NCBI GenBank assembly: GCA_020184695.1
Contig: JAANOX010000083.1
Span: forward strand, 372,001 to 436,000
DNA from: Histomonas meleagridis 2922-C6/04-290x
Taxonomy: Eukaryota; Protista; Parabasalia
DNA length: 64,000 nt
Direction of reading: 5' to 3'
A program made the position numbers and the translations under genes. This document shows positions 32,955-42,432 of the stretch, one piece after another. Position 1 is the stretch's first letter. Each line of letters begins with the position of its first letter. The notes beneath the pieces were generated by a model, which was given only the letters and a program-made list of their open reading frames with translations, was not told the origin of the DNA and searched no databases.

Positions 32955-33897
32955 TTTCTCCCTTTCTATTTTAGGAATTATGAATCTATCGAAATACGTT
33001 AAATTTCTTATCTAGTCACTTTTAATATAAATCTAATATATTATTCCTATTCAATTAAACGATTGTCAATTTCAAAAAAAAAACAATTTTTCAATGTCAT
33101 TCAAAACAATCATCAGGTGACTTCACAGATGAACAATCGCTATGCTCAATGACGAAGTTTAAAAAAGATAGCCACCAATGCTTCATTAAAATACATGAAC
33201 AAGAGAGGTATAAGAACGGGACACCCTAAGTTCCATATTCCTGCTCAGTTTATCATATGAAGGTTCTGAAGGTATTGATATCAACTAGATTCCAATGGCA
33301 ATTTATATAAAAATTAAATTTTTAAACCACCAAAAAGAAGTAGAAAATCAAAAGCTATAAAACATCAAATTAAAGGTTCTACTATATCACAATTGTCAAA
33401 TAATGAAACAACAGAAGAACCAAAGTTTATTGATTTCAAAGTCCATGGATATTTTTACTTAAATCCTCTACATAACTTCATTTCTTATAATCAAATATCC
33501 GATGAAAATCTCTCAATGGATGATGGCACTTATCAATTTGATAACTTTTATGAGAATGGCTCATTCTAATGTGGGAATGGTCTATAAACTGAATAAAAAA
33601 GAATCCTTATTTAAAAAAATTAATAAAAATACTTTTATATTAAAAATACTAAAGAGTTAGTAACGTGTAAACAAAATTTGTTAATAATACAATCATTTTA
33701 ATGCGAGAAAAAAAATATTTTTCCATTCAAGGCTAATTCATATATCAAATTTATTGTTTTCGAAGTTGTTAATTGAGAAATTACTTTATTAATTTAACGT
33801 TGACCCAATATCAAATGTTTAATTAAGTGTGTGAATCGATTCCTCTCATATGCGTATAAGTTGTACAACTCGGACTTACCACGGGACACTAAAATGA

Positions 33898-33995
33898 TTT
33901 CATAATTTCCACATTTAATACATATGACCAATTTCATAGTTTCCACATTTAATGTATATTTCCAAATTCACAATTTCCACATTTAATACATATTT
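33898..33995. repeat. Three imperfect tandem copies of a 34-nt unit (core tttccacatttaat)
   Basis: Core starts at 33906, 33940 and 33974 (period 34). Confidence 0.8.
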
Positions 33996-34041
33996 ATATC
34001 TCCAACAAAACATATAATATCAAACCAAAAAACAAATTTTA

Positions 34042-37017
34042 TTAACTTAATGTTGTTATGCTCGGCTGTCTTGCTGCCTCAGTTTCGCACAGCAACGACA
34101 GAAAGCACAGCGCCACCTGTCTCATTTTTACGAACGAGTCCAACTTTGTAATTTCCGAGTTTCCCATCATTGTGTTTAAGTTCAAGTCGAAGTTAAACAC
34201 CGACACAGGAACTCTTTCCAACGCTGCCGCGAATATTCTTCCGTTTTGCCAAGCCATTTTTGCTCTAAAGTTTTGATCCTTTTGCGCGGAGAACGGCAAC
34301 GAGTGGAATGTGGAGTCCACGTGATTACTTAGTTTCTCGACGAACAAATCGCATTTATTGGGCAACAACGAATTCGACGGCAAATCCCACACGATTTCAT
34401 TTGTTAAGTAATCATCGAAGAACTCGAACTTCGGCGGCTCATTATGGAACATGTTATTCCAAATGTGAGGATAATACGTGACGATGTCATGAATCACAGG
34501 CACGTTCATTAACAATGGTATATAATCACTTCGAATCATTCCATTTATTAACTTTTCGAAGTCAATAAATTTACAATTCGATGGCTTATACAAGATAAAC
34601 ACATCAGCATTATATTGGAAATATGTGTCTTCACTTACATATATTATATTCGTATTACTTTCATCATATCCGATATAATTTAATAGTTGATAAATCTCAT
34701 CAACCATGATATTATCTTCAGGTGATATTAAATATATACATATTAAACTTGGCGGTGAACTAATTAAATTATAATAATTAGTTGGTCGTGGTGATAATAA
34801 CATTTGCCATTCATTATATATATTAAACGTCTTACCCAGTTTCAATAGTTTATCCAAAACTGTGTCATTTTCGATTTCAAATTGGAAATCGTAATGTTTT
34901 GGTATCTTGTTTACTAATGTAAATGCACGGAATGATATATGAGGGAAACAAATGTTTTGTAAATGTAATGTTTTCTTATCTAACGCGTCACATTTTAATG
35001 AATAATATAATAATATATCTTCGTTAGATATGAAAAGAGGTTTTAATCTTGAACATATGAAATCTTTAAAAGGAATAACATGAATAAGTAATTCCAAATC
35101 TTTAATGTTTAATGAGTTTATCATTAATCGTGACATTTCAGCTATACTTTTCTTTAGTTTCATAATTTCTTTATTATTCTCATTACTTTTATAATCAGAT
35201 TTATCATATATTTGTAACACAATATTAAAATTATTCTCATTAATTGGTAATAACATTTTCGGATATGAAAATGGTATAAAAAACTTTCGAATTAATGCTA
35301 CATATTCATTCATTAAAAAAACATTCGTTTTACATTTCTTTCTTAAAAATGATAACCCTTTTTCTGATAATTTTAATTCTCGTTTGTTTTGTAACTTAAA
35401 TAACATATTATCAATCTTTACGTTTTGAAGTTTATTCTTTTGTTCACTAATTAATGGAATTACATTCGGATCTTTAATATTAAAGAGAATATCAAGTATT
35501 AAAAATATTCGATGTGGTCGTTTTTGATGATTAACTTTCGTAGATGGCAAACGTAAATATCGTTGGATTATATTAACGTCGATATTTGTTTTATTATACA
35601 TTATCCAATGATAAAATATCGAATCAACTTCTTTACAATTCTCTCGCATTTTACGATCACAAATACTTTGTTTATTATTGTTGTTAGTTATTCGAAAATT
35701 CGGATATGGCTGAGTGATTAAACTAAACGCTTCTTCTAAATATTTCCATGATAAATAATTTAAATCTTTGTTACGTTGTGAAATAGCTAATTGCCATTTT
35801 TGTAAATCATCTGAACATTTTATTTGTAAAATTATGGTACTAATGATCGCTATGTTTTTATCACTTTCTGCTAATGGTAACATATAACTTAATAATGCTC
35901 CATCACATTTCTCAAATGATATTAATGAATTATTAATAATATATTTATATAATGTCATCTTATCATTATAATTATGACATTTAATAAACAAATAAATAAG
36001 TTCTTTAATCGAATCTTCATTAAGTTTGGTATTAATGTTGTTTAAAAACCATATAATGTCGCTGACTGATATTAATGATAATGGTTCAACTTTTGTGAGT
36101 TTGAATTGTGATAAAAATGGGGTGATCCGTTCGCGGCCGTTTAAATCAGGGAAAAAAGTGGAATAAATCCAATAGATAAATGCAGAATTAGGATCTTCGA
36201 TATGTAAAAGAAGTAGGATATCTTGAATGGGTTGATGATACTCTGGATTTGAATTAAATTTGGGCGCAATGAAATATAACCAATTAATTATGGATTGCGG
36301 ATCATGTGGTGGATTTGATCTTTGAAGAAGAGATAGAACAACAGGCGCCATTTCAATACCACGAAATAATTGTGAGGGAATGGAGTCAATTGATGCTGAA
36401 AGTAAATCTAAAAGATCATTTTCAAATTGATCAAAATGAATATTAACTGACCTCATTAATGATATATGTGAAAGAACAGTAATAGATTGTGATAGTTGAA
36501 ATTGTTTTAATATATCTTCAACTTTACTTGCAAGAATATCAAGATGTAAACGACGTGAAATGAAATACATTGGTAAACATATAGAACTTGTGACAGTGGC
36601 AGGAATTACAGGAGAGCTTGTAATACGCTTGTTATTTTTGTGCTGTGGGTTTAAATATTTTTGAATCTGTATTATGGCATTTTTCCATGGGATATCAACA
36701 AAAGGAAGAATAATTTTGATTTCGGCTGGTTCATTGTCAGTAGAAATTATCTTAGGAATTTTATATCGAGGATGAGATACTTCGTTATTAAATGCATCAA
36801 CTGGAACAGTCATTTCATAAAAAGTATCATTTTCATCATATACAAAATCTACAATTACCATTTCACAATTTGGTTCCAATGAAAAATTTAATGTTTGTTT
36901 GGAAGCATATATTTCAAATGAATCCCTTGATGCCATTAAAAACCCAAAAGGAAAGGCGATATGAATAAAGTATTCATTTGTATAAATCATACAAAATTGA
37001 ATTAAGACGATTATCAT
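34042..37017 (-). CDS. Hypothetical 991-aa protein, paralog of 28663..31287
   Basis: Long intact ORF. YWIYSTFFPDL, FFDDYLTNEIVWD...LLP, FHSLPF, GRIFAAAL and VFNFDL align with the partner gene. Confidence 0.85.
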   Translation of the reverse strand: MIIVLIQFCMIYTNEYFIHIAFPFGFLMASRDSFEIYASKQTLNFSLEPNCEMVIVDFVYDENDTFYEMTVPVDAFNNEVSHPRYKIPKIISTDNEPAEIKIILPFVDIPWKNAIIQIQKYLNPQHKNNKRITSSPVIPATVTSSICLPMYFISRRLHLDILASKVEDILKQFQLSQSITVLSHISLMRSVNIHFDQFENDLLDLLSASIDSIPSQLFRGIEMAPVVLSLLQRSNPPHDPQSIINWLYFIAPKFNSNPEYHQPIQDILLLLHIEDPNSAFIYWIYSTFFPDLNGRERITPFLSQFKLTKVEPLSLISVSDIIWFLNNINTKLNEDSIKELIYLFIKCHNYNDKMTLYKYIINNSLISFEKCDGALLSYMLPLAESDKNIAIISTIILQIKCSDDLQKWQLAISQRNKDLNYLSWKYLEEAFSLITQPYPNFRITNNNNKQSICDRKMRENCKEVDSIFYHWIMYNKTNIDVNIIQRYLRLPSTKVNHQKRPHRIFLILDILFNIKDPNVIPLISEQKNKLQNVKIDNMLFKLQNKRELKLSEKGLSFLRKKCKTNVFLMNEYVALIRKFFIPFSYPKMLLPINENNFNIVLQIYDKSDYKSNENNKEIMKLKKSIAEMSRLMINSLNIKDLELLIHVIPFKDFICSRLKPLFISNEDILLYYSLKCDALDKKTLHLQNICFPHISFRAFTLVNKIPKHYDFQFEIENDTVLDKLLKLGKTFNIYNEWQMLLSPRPTNYYNLISSPPSLICIYLISPEDNIMVDEIYQLLNYIGYDESNTNIIYVSEDTYFQYNADVFILYKPSNCKFIDFEKLINGMIRSDYIPLLMNVPVIHDIVTYYPHIWNNMFHNEPPKFEFFDDYLTNEIVWDLPSNSLLPNKCDLFVEKLSNHVDSTFHSLPFSAQKDQNFRAKMAWQNGRIFAAALERVPVSVFNFDLNLNTMMGNSEITKLDSFVKMRQVALCFLSLLCETEAARQPSITTLS

Positions 37018-37043
37018 GAAAAACGTTATTTTGATTTAGCTAA

Positions 37044-38300
37044 ATGTTTGGTAAACCAGGGGCTTCTGTTGCTTCAAAAATGGATATGCTTGGTTACCAT
37101 AATGAAGCTAATGAATATTTAAAATTATTAGGCTTGCCTAAAGAAACAAAAGAAATTCCTACGTTAATGGTTAAAGGCCCAGAAACAAAAGAAGATATTT
37201 CAAAACATCCATTCCTAAATTATTTTTTACAAAAGCGTTTATTTAAATTTCGTTCTTCTGTTTTAAATGATCATGATCTTGGTACAATTAAAGCTGAAGT
37301 CATACGTGAAGATTCTGAAACTAAACCAATTACAGAAATACGATTTAAAAAACTTGCAGATCAAATTGGTCCAGCAAAATCCCATGTTTTTTCGCCTAAA
37401 ATATTAAAAAGATTTATCACAACAGACAAACAATTCAAATTTATTGATTATCTTCAATTCCTTCAAGCTTATAGTAGAGTTCAAAAAGCCTTTTTATTTA
37501 TGCTTCGAACAAATCCCACTATTGATAATTCGATGAGTGAAACTAATCTTCAAGAATTCATTTCTTCTTACATTAAAACAGTCAATACCCTTAAGCGTCT
37601 TGAAGGTGATCTCTCATGGTATAAAGAATTCTATATTCCAACAGTTATGAGTCGATTTAATTTTTATTTATTATCAAATAACGGTCGCTATGATATCCAA
37701 CAACTTCTTACCTCCAATTGTTTTATTGATTTTATATCCATTGATCAACAGTCACCTGATGAAAATTCCTTTTCACTTAAACAAACCATTTCCCTATATA
37801 ATTATTTTATTAAACTTGATACTGAAGAAGAAGGTTTGCTATCGATCAACAGTATGATCAAAATCGATTCAATGGAGTTCACAACCGTTTTCGTCGAACG
37901 TTTATTTGACACCCTCCAAACGTTTGATGGGAAACTTGACTTTACATTATTTTTACATGTTTTAATGAATTTAAGGAATATGGATGATAAACATTGTATA
38001 CCATTTTTCTTTAATATCATTGATGTTGATGAGGATGGAATAATTACAAGATTTGATATCAATTATTTTTATAAATCAATGATAAAAGACACCGAATTAA
38101 AAGGTCATGACTATGATAGTTTTTTCTCGAAATTATTAGATATAGCAGGTTGTACTTCTGAAGATATAACAAAAGAAAAATTATTACAATCTGGTGGATT
38201 TACATTGTTCTTTAAGTTGTTGATTGACATGAACACTTTTAAAGAAATGGAAGATGATGAAGAACAATTCGAAGGAGAAGAAGAAAAGGACGAAAACTAA
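37044..38300 (+). CDS. PP2A regulatory subunit B'' (PR72/PPP2R3-like, EF-hand)
   Basis: FIKLDTEEEGLLS, FVERLF, GKLDF..F and FFFNIIDVDEDGIIT..DINYFY are typical of B'' subunits. Confidence 0.85.
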   Translation: MFGKPGASVASKMDMLGYHNEANEYLKLLGLPKETKEIPTLMVKGPETKEDISKHPFLNYFLQKRLFKFRSSVLNDHDLGTIKAEVIREDSETKPITEIRFKKLADQIGPAKSHVFSPKILKRFITTDKQFKFIDYLQFLQAYSRVQKAFLFMLRTNPTIDNSMSETNLQEFISSYIKTVNTLKRLEGDLSWYKEFYIPTVMSRFNFYLLSNNGRYDIQQLLTSNCFIDFISIDQQSPDENSFSLKQTISLYNYFIKLDTEEEGLLSINSMIKIDSMEFTTVFVERLFDTLQTFDGKLDFTLFLHVLMNLRNMDDKHCIPFFFNIIDVDEDGIITRFDINYFYKSMIKDTELKGHDYDSFFSKLLDIAGCTSEDITKEKLLQSGGFTLFFKLLIDMNTFKEMEDDEEQFEGEEEKDEN

Positions 38301-38434
38301 AGTTTATTGTAATAAATATATGTTTTACTATTTTTATATGATCAAAATCAAAAGCAATTATAAATAATGCTTCAAATAATATAAAAAAAACCAAATATTA
38401 TTTAAAATTATTAAATTGTGATATTAAATTTCAA

Positions 38435-40060
38435 TTATAAAATGATATAATTAAATATTTTAAGTGTTGGTATTAATACTTTTTTGTTCAAGAGTAACTT
38501 AACTATATCTATATAATTTTTTTGCGTTGCAATCATAAGTGCTGTATTAAATAATTTAAATAATCTCCAAATATTATATTAAAATATAAAATTATTAAAA
38601 TAAATTTTAAATAAAACAAATCATTATTTTTAGCATTAATATCAATTCCATTTTGTTCAAGAAGTAACTTAACTATATCTATATGACAATTTCTAGATGC
38701 TTCCATAAGTGCTGTATTAAATAATTTAAATAATTTCCAAATATTGTTTTGAAATATCCCAAATATATCAAAACAAAAGTTAAACAAAACCAATAAATCC
38801 TTTTGGCATTAATATCAATTCCTTCTTGTTCAAGAAGTAATTTAACTATTTCTGTATGACCTTTTGAAGTTGCTAATGTAAGAGCTGTTTCAAATTATTT
38901 AAATAATTTCCAAACATTATTTTACAATGCTAAATAATTTAAATAAATTTCATATAAAACTAAAGGATATCTTTAGCATTAATATTAATTCTTTTTTGTT
39001 CAAGAAGTAACTTAACGATTTCTATGTGACCTTTTTCAGATGCTTCAATAAGTGCTGTTTTATATAATTTAAATAAACTTTAAATATTTTTTTGCGATAT
39101 ATAATTATCAAAATGAATTTTACATGAAATTTATTGATATATTTAGCATTGATATCAATTCTTTTTTGTTCAATAAGCAATTTAATCACATTGATTTTTC
39201 CTTTTTCAACTGCATTCATGAAAAATGTTTTAAATAATTTAAATAATTTTCAACAAATACAACGAAACATTAAAATGATAAAACAAATTTTTAATATATA
39301 ATTTAAATATTTGCATTTACGTCAAATTCTTTTTGTTGTATCATGTATTTAACGAGTTCATAATTTTTTGATTCAAGTATTTTATCAAATATATCTTCTG
39401 AAAAATTAAACTTCTTATAAAAATGTTTAAAAACATATAGGTTACCATATTTTATTGGATAATTAACAACAGATTCATCAAATTTAAACTCTTCTTCTAA
39501 AAATGAAAATATTTCATAATTACAATTGAGAATACAGAGACGTAATAAATCATAATGATTTAAACACCCTAGTTTATTTTCATCTAACTTTTCCAATTTG
39601 TTTTCATAAATATATTTAAAGATATCATTTCAATGAAATTTAATTGCAGTAATATATGCACCTTCAAATGATGCATGATTTTGCTCACATAAATAAATGA
39701 TTTCTTCATTCCCACCTGCAACTGCATATCGACCAGTTTTTACCATATTAGCACCATTAAGAAATAAATATTTATTACATTTAACTGATCCAAAAAATGC
39801 TGCATAATCAATTAATGTTACAAATGAAAAATTAATATATGTACATCTTTCATAAAGAGATGGTTCAATCGTTCGATTGAAATAAAAATATTTTTCTGTG
39901 GATACAAACTCTTGAAGTTTTTCAATATCATCATTTCTAATGATTTTAGTAATTTCTGATGGATTACATCCTCCTTTAATTAATTTCTTATGAAGTGCCC
40001 AATCATCCATTGAAAGTTCATCAAAATTTTCTAATAAATTTCAAATGGGTCAATTGTATC
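38435..40060 (-). pseudogene. DUF3447/ankyrin-repeat gene with every ankyrin repeat separated by a 68-71-nt spacer; appears disabled
   Basis: DUF3447-type region (FFGSVKCNKYL, AVAGGNEEII, AIKFH*ND) has one in-frame TGA at 39630. Four 102-nt ankyrin modules follow (39131-39232, 38961-39062, 38791-38892, 38618-38719), then a final frameshifted module. A 1-nt frameshift lies near 40035. Confidence 0.85.
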
Positions 40061-40383
40061 ATAACTCAAGTTTTCTCTTTCAACTTTTTGTTGACGATGG
40101 ACAAAATAGTATGATGAAATGTCTTCACAAAATAAAGTGACATGTCACTTACCGTTATTCATTTTTACAAAAAAAGTAACTGTTCATCAATTCTAAAGTA
40201 AAAATGAAAGTTATAATTAATTCATTGAGTTACATATAAAGTTATAAATAGAAAAAACAAACAAAAACAATAGAAAAAAAAAATCATTAATTAATACAAA
40301 ACATCCGAAAAAAAAATAGTTCAAACAACAAAAAATAATTTTTTCAGTTAATTTATGTTAAATGTTTATTATATATATAATTT

Positions 40384-42366
40384 TTATTCTGTGATTTCTG
40401 AGAAGAAAGCGATGTACGCAGCTTGACTTTCTTTTGTCAGATCGCATTTTGTCACTTTTGCATCATTGAATGCGAACCAATTTCCATTTCTTTTTGCCAT
40501 AGCAGTATAATGCCCAGAGTTCAGGCTGCCCGTGTGATTAATGACTCCCACCAATTCATACTTATGCCTTTTTCCATCCTTATTTAAGAAGAATTCTGAC
40601 AGATCGATTTCATTGTCCAAAACTATTTTCGAATTATCTCTTTCGTATGTTTTACCCAACGAAAATCTTTTGAAGTGCAAAATCAAATTTTTTGGTAATT
40701 TCAACAAATTAATTTTATGTATTGCACAAGTTTCGTTAAAACATTTTTCACATTTCCATTTGTTATCGATATCTAATTGTATTTCATTGAAGTATGAATC
40801 GATTAATTCCTCGATTGAAATCGGGTTCGAGATTGCCACTTTTCGTATACTTTTGAATCCGTATTTCAGATCGCCATAAGGTTCGTTGATGCTTACAACC
40901 AAATGTTCATTGCACATATATTTATTATTCACACCATCATTCATTAATGTAAACATTTTCGGCGGATCAACAATTTTAAAGCTTTTGATTGACTTTTTTC
41001 TCCATTCTTTTTCGAATAACATTTCGATTCGATTCCACACAATGATTTCTAAGTCATATGTACTTTGTTCTGTGTTTAATGGAACTCTAACTAACAATGG
41101 CTCACATATCTTTCGGTCTTTAGACTGAAGCCATAGTATTGTAAGTCCCAAATTTTCTTCCTCGTCAAAATGCGGTGGAATTTCTAACGCTAAAACTTCG
41201 ACAAATTCATATGTAAATGATGTCGTTAACTTTGTCTCTAAGTTTCGCGTTTTACCTAATAAGATAACAGGTAATGGCGGAATAGAGTTCATGCGTTGCA
41301 TTTGCTCATCTAAGTTCCACGGTGAAAATATTATTCGACGTGAAGAAGCAATTGGTAATGAGATCGATGAAAATGTTTCGTTAATTTCGGTCGAATGATG
41401 ACAATTGGAACATGTCGTTTTGGACGCGCTCTCGCCATAAAATAAAGGATTGATAAGTTCTGAGTTTTCTTCGTGAAGTTTGTCAATAAAAAATGATAAA
41501 AATTCGTGGGAATCATGTTGCGTCTTATCACCAAAAAATGGAACTAATGTAATAAATGAACGGCGGAGTTGTGTTGGATCAAAGACGGAATCATCAGTTT
41601 GCGTTATGGATTTGTAAAATTGGATAAATGAAGTGATGAGAAATTTATTTGGAAATTGAGAAAGTGAGGTGATAAAATGTGGAAGAGAAATAAGACACTG
41701 AAGTGAAGCATTCATGTAACATGTGTTCCCTAGGTTTTTAAGACCCGGATAAGGTGATGATTTTTTGGTAATAAATTTTTTATCTTTCTTGGGATTGGAT
41801 CGTGGCTTAGATGGTTGCTTAGGTGGTGGCGGTGGCTTCTTGTGTTGGGTGGTTACTGTAATAACAGAAGAATTAGTAAGTTTTGGAGTGATATATCCGG
41901 TATCTTCGATTTTGTTCTTATCTAATGATAAAACAATTTCATTCTCTTCTGGTATAGAAAACAGTTGTCTTAAATAATCAGTTAATTGCGTAAATGTTGA
42001 ATATTTTGATAAATTGAGTTTTTTGGTTGTATTTTGGAAATTAACAAGTATGTCGATAGAATACAATTTAGAGTTCCCCAAACAATCAAAGTTACACTTT
42101 ATTTCCATACCACTTCCAAATTCCATTAGAAGATCCTCCCATTCTTCTTTAGGAACAACAAAATAGTCTATATTAGGTTTTAAGTTTGGCTTTAACCTAC
42201 TTTTATTTTTCAAATCTTTATTGTTAATTTCAAGAATAGGAATATTATCTTTAGATGAAGATTCTAATTCCTTCACAAAAGATGCAGAAATTAAATAACC
42301 AGTATCTTTTTCTGTATACTTTCTTGTTTCAATTGTTTGAATTAGTTGATCATATATACTTTTCAT
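40384..42366 (-). CDS. Ubiquitin-specific protease (C19, USP4/11/15-like with DUSP-like and UBL-like N-terminus)
   Basis: GLKNLGNTCYMNASLQCL Cys box, QHDSHEF, HTGSLNSGHYTA His box, WFAFND. Confidence 0.93.
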   Translation of the reverse strand: MKSIYDQLIQTIETRKYTEKDTGYLISASFVKELESSSKDNIPILEINNKDLKNKSRLKPNLKPNIDYFVVPKEEWEDLLMEFGSGMEIKCNFDCLGNSKLYSIDILVNFQNTTKKLNLSKYSTFTQLTDYLRQLFSIPEENEIVLSLDKNKIEDTGYITPKLTNSSVITVTTQHKKPPPPPKQPSKPRSNPKKDKKFITKKSSPYPGLKNLGNTCYMNASLQCLISLPHFITSLSQFPNKFLITSFIQFYKSITQTDDSVFDPTQLRRSFITLVPFFGDKTQHDSHEFLSFFIDKLHEENSELINPLFYGESASKTTCSNCHHSTEINETFSSISLPIASSRRIIFSPWNLDEQMQRMNSIPPLPVILLGKTRNLETKLTTSFTYEFVEVLALEIPPHFDEEENLGLTILWLQSKDRKICEPLLVRVPLNTEQSTYDLEIIVWNRIEMLFEKEWRKKSIKSFKIVDPPKMFTLMNDGVNNKYMCNEHLVVSINEPYGDLKYGFKSIRKVAISNPISIEELIDSYFNEIQLDIDNKWKCEKCFNETCAIHKINLLKLPKNLILHFKRFSLGKTYERDNSKIVLDNEIDLSEFFLNKDGKRHKYELVGVINHTGSLNSGHYTAMAKRNGNWFAFNDAKVTKCDLTKESQAAYIAFFSEITE

Positions 42367-42432
42367 GGAAATTTAGGAATGAACTGTTGTATTATGCCAC
42401 CAAAAATTGAATGGAAATTTATAACTTAAAAA

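Noticed and set aside
38962-38970. ATATCCTTT on the coding strand, a perfect U12-type AT-AC 5' splice-site consensus next to one spacer
   Set aside because: Present in only one repeat, where it is simply codons D-I-L. The other spacers lack it, and there is no TCCTTAAC branch site or AC acceptor.
38543-39058. Using the AG in ACAG|CA (Thr-Ala codons) as a canonical acceptor for the spacers
   Set aside because: With the conserved GTTTT donor it shifts the frame; a donor shifted by one base would delete four residues, including the T of TAL, from every repeat.
38435-39305. Repeat-spacer array resembling CRISPR
   Set aside because: The conserved units are protein-coding ankyrin repeats, the spacers are homologous to each other, the context is eukaryotic, and no cas genes are present.
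39630-39632. Stop-codon reassignment or TGA readthrough (in-frame TGA in three ankyrin loci)
   Set aside because: The TGAs align with different residues (Arg, Leu), co-occur with frameshifts, and intact genes in the window end normally in TGA, TAA or TAG.
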